This document shows, in pieces, positions 52,401-64,000 of a DNA stretch of 64,000 nt. Both the position numbers and the translations under genes were made by a program. Below the pieces are notes generated by a model. It was given only the letters and a program-made list of their open reading frames with translations. It was not told where the DNA came from and did no database searches. Source of the DNA: Epiperipatus broadwayi. Taxonomy: Eukaryota > Animalia > Onychophora. How positions within the stretch are numbered: position 1 is the first letter of the stretch; each line of letters begins with the position of its first letter. The DNA is taken from positions 12,896,001 to 12,960,000 of the forward strand of contig JAQFVV010000001.1 in NCBI GenBank assembly GCA_028023455.1, read 5' to 3'.

Positions 52401-54569
52401 TTCATTTCCATGTCTCTAAATTTTGAACAACGAAAAATTACAAATCTACAAAAATTACTGTAACAAGAGATTTAGTTTGGTTTACTGGTCATCTACCTGT
52501 AGTAATATTGCATTAATATATGATATGCATATAATTATTTTAAAACATTACACACATGTGTGTGGACGTATATAAACACATATATATACACACATAATTT
52601 TTAATTTTAACTGCATTAGAGAGCATTTTATAAATTAGATTGTTTTTGTTTACTAAAATAAAAAAATTTAATAAAATATTAAATGATTTTTAAAAAAAAT
52701 AAAATCTATATATAAATATAAGGTCTTATCAAGGTGTTATTTTAATTCAAATTCTATGTAATGTTCCTAATAAATAAACAGGAAATTATTTTTATGTACT
52801 ACAAACTAATTCTTTTCCTACATATTAATATTGTAAAGGCTTTTTTTAAAAAAAATACTAAATTGAATTTGTTATTACCTCATTTAATCAGGACAATAAA
52901 AGTGAGATAAGGAATAGTAATACATTATTTTATTATTCTTTAGAAAATAATAATTCATAATAACAATTAAATATATATATATTATTTATTACGTGTTTTA
53001 GAACTAAAATCTTTGGCAGAGTATAGTGTTTTTATTTAATTGCCAAAAGTGATATTTTATGATCACTGTCTTCAATTGATAATTAATTCAAGACACTTAA
53101 ACGCTTCAGATAGCCATTTTTACACTAAGTTATTTGCATCTTAATAATGTAAGAACTTATTAAAGTTTAAGATATAATTCTAAAATTGAAGTATTAAAAT
53201 AAATTGCTAAAAGGATGGTAAACTGGCAAATAAATGTTTCTCTTGATGATAATTATTCTATTGATTAGTTATTTAATCTGAATTTAGGGGGGGGGGGGAT
53301 TAGCATACATTTTGGTTATCTCTAAACATTACTAAATATATTTTTTTAAATACATTTATAATTTTAATACACATATAAAGTTAGTTTTAATATTTCTATT
53401 TTTATATTCCAAGAGTATCTATGAGAAAGAGATATATTACATTCTAGGATAAACACTTTTATTAGAAAAGTTTATAAATGAGAACATCAGAAATAGAAAA
53501 CAGAAAGATCAAGAGGCAATGTAAAAAAAAGTCTCTTAAATTTTCTATAAAAAAGAAATTGGGAAAACACTTAGTCTAGAAAGCTGAATTTTAGAATACA
53601 AAAAAAAAGTAGAAAAAAAAATCTTAATTGCTTTTGAAATATGATATGCCTTTTAATAATTAAAAACAATCTGCATTAAAATGGTAGATTCAAAACTAAA
53701 GATTTCAGGATCAGATCTAACAAAAACAAATATGGATTCTAATACTGTTAAATACTCATCCTGTCATTTAAAAACTTGAATGTCATATGATTTTTGAACT
53801 ATTGAGTAATTAAGTATACAAATGTCACATGATACCTGACCAATTAAGCGATAACCATAGATTACAATATAGGAAAAGATTCATTAAAATTTGAGTTGTA
53901 GCTGAAAACATTACTTCAACTGACAAATGGTTAGTTATATTATCTTCTTGCTTGGGGCAAAGAACTTAACATACATATATGTAAAGATAAAACTAAGTTA
54001 CTGTAATTAAAATGAAATTATTAAGTTACTCAAAAAAGTTCAAAGAAAATATTTATTGTAAAAACAATCAGACAAAACAGAAAAATGAGATTGAATATAT
54101 ATAATAGAGATAAAAAAATATGAAATAGATTTTTTAAAAAGTATAATAAGAGAAAAGGTAGAAAAAATAAAACCAATATTAAAGAGAAGTAAATTAATTA
54201 TGTTGATTTTAAAATAAAAGCCAAAAGTAGAATCCAAAAAGTTTGGAAAATTTATAAAATAAAAAATTTGAAAAAAAAAAATAAAAAAATGTATTTGCTA
54301 GATAGTTATGAAATACTAATATATTAAAAATCCACTTTAAATAAATAAACAAAAACGGAATTAGTAAAATTTTAAAGAAAAAAAAAGAGATTATATAAAT
54401 GAAGACAGAAACTAAGTCTACAAAAAAGATTGTTACTGCTGATAGAATTAACTTCTTTACTGCTAAACAAGTACTACTAAATCTAATTTTTATTAGTTAT
54501 CCATTAGACTAAAGATTATTCAAAAATGAATAATATTTATATAGAATAGTTTTTACTATACCACTCTTA

Positions 54570-55880
54570 CACAAAGGCAGTGAGAACTGCTTTCTATCTG
54601 CTTGATCTTAGAGATCATAGATCTTTTTACATATCTTTGGTTATATATTTATGATTACATCTCTCAAGGTGTTAAAAGTGGACAGGAACTAGTCTCTACC
54701 TTGCAGGAGAGTGGTGTAGTGTAAATTACACTACAAAAATATTATTTGTTATTGGATAATCTCTTGTCTAATGAATGACTAACAAAAAAATTTTAATACT
54801 ACTAAATCTAGTCCTTATTTTAATGAATAAAATAAAAATTGTCTTGCATTGGTGGTCAAGAGGTCAGCACGACTGCCTTGCACTTGCAGGCAGTTGCCCG
54901 GGTTGCAGGTTCGCGTCCCGGCCGATGCTATGACACTTAAAAAAAAAATTAAAAAATAAAAATTTAGAAGAGCACCATCTCAGATAACAATTATTTTTAA
55001 AACTAAAATGCAATAATAATAAAAAATTATTTATCTGAGTGCATGATGTTTGTTTGAAGGTTTGTGATGGTGGTATTTTAGGAGTGATAATATGTTGGAC
55101 TACTTCCATAATCTATTATTAAATGTCAAATGTCTAGAAAAATTTAAACTTGTCCCAAATAACCATTAGTAATAACACCCAAGACAACCATTAATAATTT
55201 TTTATTAGTCACTCATTAGACTAGAGATTATCCACTTAATAAATAATATTCCTGTAGTGTAATTTTCACTACACCACTCTCCTACATGGTAGGGACTGCT
55301 TTGTATCTGATTTTAACACTTTATGGAGAAGACATAACCAAAGACATGTGAAAAAGATGTATGATCCCCAAGATGCACATTTTGTACTGGACCAGCATTC
55401 ATCAGTTGGCCTAAATTATAATCTCTTACACATATCTTTATCATTGTTCAGTATATATAGATAGCCAATTACTAAAGTTTAATTTATGTGACAAACTTAC
55501 CACCCTCATAACTTTGACACAAACCACTTAATGGAATTATATTAATAATTTTATTGGTCATTCATTAGACTAGAGATTATCCATTTAATAAATACTTTAG
55601 CACTCTTGTGCAGGGTAGGGACTAGTTTCTATCCATTTTTAACATCTTATGAAGGGGTGTTATCATAAATATATTACCAAAGACATGTAACAAATATGGA
55701 TAGAGACCAATCCCTACCTTGTATAAGAGTGCTGTAGTAAACATTACACTACAAAAATATTATTCATTAAGACAACAGTTGTTTGTATTTGAAAAAATTT
55801 AAATAAAATTTTCTACACATTTAACATTTATTTAGTTATAGATGTTGGAAATAATCCAACATATCACATCTGAGTACTTG
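54570..55880. mobile_element. Interleaved foldback complex (family H arms, family F arms, family A core, one SINE)
   Basis: H arm 54640-54795 pairs with 55190-55340 and 55545-55665; F arm 54975-55190 pairs with 55765-55880; family A core at 55340-55480; hairpin 55599-55735. Confidence 0.75.
54846..54948 (+). mobile_element. tRNA-Gly-derived SINE copy (TGC loop with a short duplication)
   Basis: gcattggtggtcaagaggtcagcacgactgccttgcacttgcaggcagttgcccgggttgcaggttcgcgtcccggccgatgctatgacacttaaaaaaaaaa; possible TSD aaataaaaatt. Confidence 0.85.
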
Positions 55881-57248
55881 TATTTTGAGAAAAGCTAAAA
55901 TAAGATTTTTAACTAATTAATATTTTATATTAGATTAAGACAAAAAAGAAACACAATGCAAACTGTGAAATTAAAGAATTTTCTCTTTTTTAAAAAATTT
56001 AGATAGAAAATAGTTATTATTTCATCAGAATTTAAGATTACATAAGATTATAGTGATATGTGAATTAAACATTTCACATTCACATAAAAAAGCTAGCTAT
56101 AATATAAAAATTGGTATATAGTATAATCAATTACCATTTGAATACAATTAGTTTTTACAATCCCAAAATATTTGCTCTGGCTATTTTAATTATAAGTATA
56201 AATGTTTAACTAAAAGAGAAAACAATCCTTAAATAGCCCATTTCAGAGCAAAGGATGTTCACCAGCTTTTCAAAAAGATATTGTAAAAAGAAAGGCATTA
56301 TTCATAAAGTTTGCCAACTGCCAGACAAAAAGAGATTAAAGTTGTTGTTGGTTTTTTTAACTAACAATATCAAATATCCATGTACCAACCAATATATAGT
56401 TGTTTGGGTTATCTGTGGGGCCAGATACCCAAAATAAAAAATGTAAAACTTCTTATTATCTCCACTCCCACACACAATTTTCATGAATCTCATCCTGAAT
56501 TTAATCCCAAATCAAGAGCATTGTGATGATTGCTTAACATTGTGCCCTGAGAGTCTTCATATTTAATATATATTTTCATTTAAATATTACTTGAAAATTT
56601 TCAACTACTTCTAAGATTCATATCATACATCTTTGAAATCATATGATTTTCTAGGTTTTAAGGATTTTTGAACACTCAGAGGTGTTCTTATTATTATTGA
56701 CTTACATCGATTTATGAATTATAATATATATATAAAAAACAAAAGTAGATACATTTGTATTCAAAACCGAATAGAATAAATCATATGAAAGAGGAGCAAG
56801 AATATGCAGTTATTAAAAAAAGCGTACATATAAATTAACTCAAAGAAATATATTCAAAAACATAATACGAAGCTAAATTGCTGGTATGTGAAACTGCTAT
56901 TTTTATCGCAATCAGGGGATTGGTTTTCATCAAAAAGAAATACAGTAAAATGATATAATAGAGTTGAGGCTAAATTGAAAACTACAAAAATAATGCTAAT
57001 ATATAATTTGTATTTTTATATAATTATATTAATGCATTTAACTGTTATTATGCTAATGTTCCTATTAATCTTTGCATTTATATGTTATAGAATTTAAATT
57101 CAATTATTTTGAAAAATATATTTTAGAGAAATAACAGAAATAAAAACAATAACTAATGTGTATGGCATTTCTAAAAATTGAATGAATTTAAAAAACAATA
57201 ATGTTTGAATTTTTTAAAAAGGCATTTAACAATTAATACTAGATGATG

Positions 57249-57364
57249 TCAAGCGCTATTAGCCGAGAGGTCATCGCGGCCGCCTTGCAAGCAAGAAGTT
57301 GTTTGCAGACGGTTGTGGGTTCGCGTTCCGGCCGGTGCTATGACACATGAAAAAAAAAAAATAA
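57249..57364 (+). mobile_element. tRNA-Gly-derived SINE copy, CpG-rich (young), with a perfect 15-bp TSD
   Basis: TSD taatactagatgatg at 57234-57248 and 57365-57379; poly-A tail; A-box and B-box-like motifs present. Confidence 0.92.
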
Positions 57365-58702
57365 TAATACTAGATGATGGAAATTATATTCCAACATACA
57401 ATTGCAAGTAAAATGTCATTATCCCCAACTTTCAGAAAAACAATAACTTTCTATTTTTTATTAAGCATTCAGCCGCATTTTAAATAAAGATGGAAAATTA
57501 AAAAAATATGATCCTAGTGATTTTATTACCAATTAAATCTTAATCTCTAAACAATTTTTTTTATGACCGATTAACAAGTTGTTTTTTACAATTAGAAAAC
57601 TTTAGTTATTTTTTAATTTTTATTACTGCTAAATTACTTTGAAAATCATGAGTCGATCATATTCAATAAAAATGTGTATATAAAGCCTAGAACACCTGAT
57701 GATTACGGATCCTATTTCATCAATGCCCATAAATAGATACCCGATGCATTACTATAGGGATCCAAATTCAGTTTTTGCCTAAAGACTCAAAACTTAATTA
57801 TATTTCCATAGCGATGCGGGGGGGGGGTGACTAGCAATGAGATGAATAACTCATTCATAAGAACAAGGATTGTGTTTTTAGCATAAAAGCAAACAATTGA
57901 TAAATCATTCTAAAAATATGCTAATTTTACATCGATAAAATTACTTCATAAGACCTAAGTAATTTTAAAATACAACTTTACATATACCTTTATGTAAAGA
58001 AAATATATACATATATATATGTGAGAGAGAAAGAAGTTTTTTTAAAAAAAAAAAAATTGTAAAGAAAGGAAATTCACAATTAGAAGGAAAAGGATGTATA
58101 AAATATATCGTCTGCATATTAAATCCTCTCACATATTTACCTGAATAATAAAATGTTTAATGTAAACCCACCTGATGTGAGTTTTCTGTTCGCTGTTAAT
58201 TAAGATTAAAACAGAACTTAAATAATTATGAGTTAATTTTAAAATTTATATAATAAACTATTTAATTAAATAAAATTAAAACAAATATTTACATCAGTGT
58301 ATATTCAACAATTTTGGTTTAGTGATGATTGTTATCTGGTTAAAATTATATGGTCTTTGAACCTCTCTCCACTTTCTAAAAACTAATTGAAAATGAAAAA
58401 GTTTGACAGTTTTTTAAAAACAACTATTTTTCGCCTGTATTTGGTCAATATAAAATTTTTTGCACTATTCCCCTACAAAATAACTATTGCATTTCCTCTG
58501 TAAACAATAAAGCAGTTTAGATTGAATTTCATTTACAGGTAAAAATAAAAGCTTTCAAATAGCCGACTGTAAAAGTTTCTCTAACATCCTCCACCTGTAC
58601 TTTACCTTATAGATGATAATAGTTAGACATCCACTTTTCAAGTTGCCTTTTCCGGAAAATTGTAAGGCTGTTTAAAATTTAAAAAAATAAAATAAAATTT
58701 TA

Positions 58703-58770
58703 TCTGCTCGAATTCGAACCCAGAACTGAAGCCAGCATGCGAAAACGGTAACCACTAATCCCCAATGACT
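58703..58770 (-). pseudogene. Degenerate tRNA-like sequence (Gly-GCC-like)
   Basis: Reverse complement gtcattggggattagtggttaccgttttcgcatgctggcttcagttctgggttcgaattcgagcagat has an AGTGGTTA D-loop and GGGTTCGAAT T-loop; the acceptor stem does not pair. Confidence 0.45.
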
Positions 58771-59019
58771 CTTTAAATATATTAATACAAATACGATGCT
58801 ATTCAAACTTCTGACCATTTTATTATTCTGATATTGATTTTGTTTTGGTTTAGGTTTTTTTTAAAAAAAAATAAATAAATAAATACAGCTTATAATTATC
58901 TATTTGTTCTTCTAGTGCGTTTTTTTTTAAAAAAAACCTTAGTTTAAGCATTTCAAAATATTAAAATTTTATTCAAATGTTAAACGAAATATTTTTTTTT
59001 ACTATTCTTGTACGTATAT

Positions 59020-59160
59020 TGGAGCTCATTTATCTTTTATGCACGCGTGTGATCATGTGTATCGGTTGTATGAGATAGATTGGATAGCGGAAGGGAGCTT
59101 AAACCTCTGGGTTCAAATCCTCTATTATTACATCTAAACTCCAGGGATATAAAGTATAGC
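59020..59160 (-). mobile_element. Family A terminal fragment (right-arm end)
   Basis: catttatcttttatgcacgcgtgtgatcatgtgtatcggttgtatgagatag...gggttcaaatcctctattattacatctaaactccagg. Confidence 0.8.
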
Positions 59161-61602
59161 TGTATTTAAATATTCTTTTTATTTATTAATATTCTACAAA
59201 TATATGGTTATATTTATGGTTAACTTATCTGGCAATTAAGACAAAATTTAAGCAATATTAAATCCAGAGTGTTTTTAATCACCTTAATTTATAGTTAATT
59301 TGATAGTACAAATTTATTAAAAGTAAAAAGTATTTACTTGTTTTATAAATACATGTTAAAACGCTTTAAATATAAAATAAATTGAGTTTTAAAAATGGCA
59401 ACAATAAATTTACAATGATGAAGTATATTGTCGATCTGATTATAATTTTTTTTTTTTTTGCTTCGATTATTGAGTTTATGTATATATGCTTTAACTACTA
59501 CGATAGATGCTTCTACATATACTCTAAAAATATCATTAAATGCATCTTTATCTGGTAATGAGCTATCACAGTCAGCCATTCAATTATGAGTCTTAAATAG
59601 ATATCTAAATATTCTTGCTATAGGATAAAGCAATTTAAAATAAAAACTTTCAAATGTTTCCCCAATGTTTTTTTTTTTTTCAAACTGCAATGGAGAATAT
59701 TGGAACAATTATTCATATATATATATATTGCAGTGATGATTTTCATGGTTGAAAAATGAATTTAAAATCAGCTTTGTGCTAAACATATTTCACAGATTAT
59801 ATAATTTGAACCAATTTGTTGCAAATCATTAAAAAACGGATACACCAAATGCAGAGAAAAAATTTTTTTACAAATGTAGTAGTCTTATATTTTCATAAAC
59901 TTTTATGCATTTTTCTCTGGGTTAATTTATCCATAATAATTATAATAGCATGATTAAAAGCTTTTACAATCTTTTCTTTTTATCTTTATGTATCAACCAA
60001 TCCTAAACAAAAAAATTGATAATAAACATATTTAGTTTGCCATTTATATTTTATCAACTTTCTTCCTAGACTGCTCATTCACTCATTATTTCAAAATTGC
60101 AATAAATCTCATCATTATATTAATCCTTAGGATACCTAAAATTTCATCAAAACTAGACTAACATCCATGAAGAGTTTTTATATATATTTAATCAAAGTTT
60201 TTTTTAAAGACTAGCAAATAAAGCTCATTTTGTCTAGATTATAAAAAAATTTCACCTTGAAGATTTCTGAGTAGATTGCCAAAAGTCTATTTTAATATGA
60301 AAGCAGGTTAAAATGATTATGAAATTGAAATGTTTTTGCTTGTTAAGTTTTGTAATAAAGTATTCAAAAGCAAAATATATTAGAAAAAACATGACACTAT
60401 AACTGGAATTAGAATGCATTAAAAAATTATATTATTTAAAATTCTAATAAAAAATACTGAATTATAATGGTGATAATATATTTTCAGTTTATTTCTTAAC
60501 CTTCTTCAACTGAAAACCATTTAAATTCAATTTAAGCCACAGTCAATGTCATCATGTCATATCCCAAGATTCATGAATTTTAACTTTAGCACATTGTCTG
60601 TTAATCAGAAACATTTTATTTCTATTTATCAAAATTGTGTTTAATTAATTTTTTTATTATAATTTTTTTCCTAATGAAAAATTTTAATATTTTCCAAATT
60701 AAAATTGAAAATAAACTCACATTGTTTTTATAATCAAAGAAAAAATGCCATTATTAAATTATTATTACTCTTTTTATATATATATTATAATTGCTCTTTT
60801 ATTTTTTTCTCAAGACACCCATTGATTCACCTATATATAAGCTTTGAACTTACATAAAATTTGACATACAATATTACTTTTTTGTTTAAGGTATAATATT
60901 TTCTGAATTATTTACCAATTTATTTAGAATTCATACAAGTTTGTCAAAAACTCAGATTCTAAGAATCAAAACAAACTGCTAAAGTGTTTTTAATTAGCTA
61001 TTGTTAATTTTATTTATTATATTACTGTAACCAACTGATACTTTATAGGTGAAGTCCCACAGTCTCTACAAGTGAAAAAAACCCACCAAAATAAATCATA
61101 ATTTAATGAAGAAAAGAATGTTAATATTACTAAAGTATTATAAAAAAAAAGAATGCATATCCTATCCTAATATTAAGCAAAGCAACAATATGCCCCCCCC
61201 CCCCAATATTATAATTAATTACCTAATAATAAAAATCATTAGAAAATGTTGTAGTATGATGTAGACTGAACTGCTGAAGTAATATAAAGAATTATTTAAA
61301 AGATAGATAGATAGAGAGAGAGGGGGGTGGTCACTTTATGCACACATACAAAAATAATAACACAGCAGTTGAATTTTTAGCTTACCCAGTATGCAATGAA
61401 ATAAGAGAAGCTCTATTCTATTCCTTTGCCATCTATAGTAAGCTTTAGTATCAAAGATTATCAGATGATAGTACATTTAAGTCCTTATCTCCAGTCTAGT
61501 TTTGGCTTTTGCCATTCAAAGTTGGATATAATGCAGTTACACATCTACAAATCAACTTTACCTTCATTTTGCCATATAAGTTAAAAGCCTGAAATTCAAT
61601 AA

Positions 61603-61605
<3 letters not shown>

Positions 61606-61662
<57 letters not shown>
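61606..61662. repeat. (TA)n microsatellite
   Basis: Directly visible. Confidence 0.97.
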
Positions 61663-61665
<3 letters not shown>

Positions 61666-62017
61666 CTTTACGGTATTGAAGTTAGTGCATCTATCAATCA
61701 TATCCAAAATATATAGTTTTGAATTTATGTTGAACCTTTTTTTTACTTCATTGAAGATTTCTAAGTAAGATTGCCACTTTTTTTCAACTGCAGATCAATG
61801 AATTAATCATAACTAGCCAATAAATATGTATCTTATCATTTTTAGCTGTGTGATAAAACAAAGAAAAAAATCCCTATAAAATACTCTTCAAACTAGTACA
61901 TTGATTGATAAGGGTTTTTAGTCTATAGATTATTTTTAACTATTGCTATAAAATTTAATAAACTACTGAAGCAAGCAGACTTTTTATCTGCAATAATAAT
62001 CATTTGTTACATATATA

Positions 62018-62467
62018 TTAAAACAGGCAAAACTCTCTATGTCACTCAGTGCAAGCCAGAGTAATCAATGGATGCCAGAAGGTTTGTGCATAAAATCCCC
62101 ATCTAGTGCCTACTCACCCAATATCCCCAGACTAGTTTCTAGATTGTAGCTTTTATCAATGAGGAGCCTTGGATCTGAGAGCACTGCACCTAGATCGTAG
62201 GATCTAATGCAAGCGAGGATTGCATTAGATCATAAGATCTAGGTGCAGTGCTCTCAGATCCAAAGCTTCTCACTGATGAAGGCCACAAGCCAGAAACTAG
62301 TCTGAGGATATTGAATGAGTAGGCATTAGATGGGAATTTTATGCACAAGCCTTCTGGCATTCATTGATTACTCTGGCTTGCACTGAGTGACAATATGTAT
62401 AGAGAGTTTTGCCTGTTTTAATAACAGTTATAAGTAAGCATAAGAAATGGTGGTCATGTGATGTTTA
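62018..62467. mobile_element. Foldback family B, full length (~400-bp palindrome plus ~45-bp one-sided tail)
   Basis: The arms pair almost to the centre (ggatctgagagcactgcacctagatc/gatctaggtgcagtgctctcagatcc; loop near 62215); ends ttaaaacaggc/gcctgttttaa. Confidence 0.93.
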
Positions 62468-62949
62468 TATCATATATTAATTGTAATGTAAATAAACATA
62501 CCTGAACAATCATATCTTTTCAAACACTACAATAATTAAATCAAATTCCTTTATCTTACAATGAAACCAATAGGTAAGTCTTATCTTTTCTCATTAGTTA
62601 TCATTTTTTGATTCTATAAAACATATTCAGTTTTTGGTAACAATAATGAAAAGTAATTCCATAAATGATGATAATTATCCATAAAATATTTTGTAATTGC
62701 TGTAGTCTTTTCTATTTATTTATTTTTTCATAAAATGGGAAAAAGAAGCTTTTTTAAGATTAAATAACACCGCTTTCAGAATTTAATATATTACTAAAAA
62801 ATTACTTTAATTTTAAAATATATTTCCAATTATATCAAAACTTCGCAAAAATTTTATCAGTACATGAAGTCAGTTCGGTTGACTTTTAATTTACAAAGAA
62901 CTTTTTAATCTGTATATTTCTATATTTAAATGATTTTATAGATTGGGTA

Positions 62950-64000
62950 AATAATTAAATACAATCAATTGAATTCTTTTATCACTATTCCCTCAATCCA
63001 CTGAAAATACCACTATTACATAAAAGATTGCCATCCCTCATTTAATAACATCGTTTTTCTTATTCAACAACCAATAAATTCTAAAATGGTTTGCATCAGA
63101 TAATTATTAGATATTTTTTGCACTTTTAATCCACCAATCAGTCGTGATGGGGTTATAAATCGTTGAACTTCTGGAGTTAGATATTTATACTTATTATAAA
63201 GTTATAATTCATTTTAGGAGAGAAATGGTGTGTTTTCTTTTAATCAAATCTCTAATAATAAAGTCATAGTTAGAGATACAGTAATAAATTTGTTTCCACA
63301 ACACAATTCGTATATAAGAATATCAGATCTCAATAAACTGATCAGCTTGAAAATCCAATTGAGCAACTTTGTGTTTATTAATTATTCAAAATAAATACCA
63401 TTAGCAACTACTTTATAGAATATAGAATTTATTTTTTGAATCTATGACTACCCAATAATCTGCAATTACAAGTGTTGCAATGTTGATCAATTTTAATAAT
63501 TTTTAAATTATAATTTATAAGATATCATTGTTTGGAGCTCAATTGTATCTAAATTCCTTTATGGAATTTTTTTGGGCAAAAATATTATGATAGTCAAAGA
63601 ATTCAAAACAGATAATTTAGATCAGGTAACACCATTACTCCAAATAATTCTAAGCCATAATTACTATTTCTACTAACAAATGCATTAAAATTCTGAGAAG
63701 ACAATATTTTTATTGGTATTGATGCAAAAACATTATCCAACAAGGAAGAAAGACTTTTTTACTTTGACGTTTTTAAATGCAATAAAACAAAAACATATGC
63801 AATTGCATAAGTCAATATTTAATAGCTTTCCATTTAAACATCCAAGAATTCTTAGAATATAACTTTCAGAAGTTAGATTTTACAGCAAAATCAAGTTTGC
63901 CATTGCATTTTAATTTATTTAAAACATAGATGCGGATTTTAATATAATCAGATTATAAAAGTTACCATAGTAGAATGATTATTTGAACAAAGAAATGAGC
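62950..64000 (-). mobile_element. Possible very decayed non-LTR RT region
   Basis: Minus strand has INIATLVIADYWVVID (ADD-like) and YKYLTPEVQRFITPSRLIGGLKVQK (P...GGL-like); the spacing is atypical. Confidence 0.2.

Noticed and set aside
53100-53950. G-run read as GGL plus ECHMIFE (zf-RVT-like)
   Set aside because: The two weak motifs could be chance matches in AT-rich sequence.

Overview
Very AT-rich, CpG-depleted eukaryotic DNA, most likely from an invertebrate animal (inferred from metazoan-type tRNA-Gly SINE heads and ZMYM1- and Charlie-type hAT remnants). No intact, recognisable protein-coding gene is present, and most ORF-track entries are microsatellite or chance ORFs. The window is dominated by about 15 long non-coding foldback (palindromic, MITE-like) elements of several families, roughly 10 kb in total; family labels A-H below are my own. 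It also holds five copies of a short tRNA-Gly-derived SINE (three with 15-17 bp target-site duplications), decayed non-LTR retrotransposon fragments, two hAT transposase relics, a 334-bp tandem array and long microsatellites. The most interesting observations are: (i) foldback arms share locus-specific variants, fold at different points and swap modules between families; (ii) one foldback is folded around a tRNA-like head; (iii) a decayed Cys-rich reading frame at 35.2-36.9 kb resembles a bunyavirus-like class II fusion glycoprotein. A few phase-compatible host exons are offered at low confidence. All identifications were made by eye, no database searches were run, and element boundaries are approximate unless a TSD or TIR is quoted.
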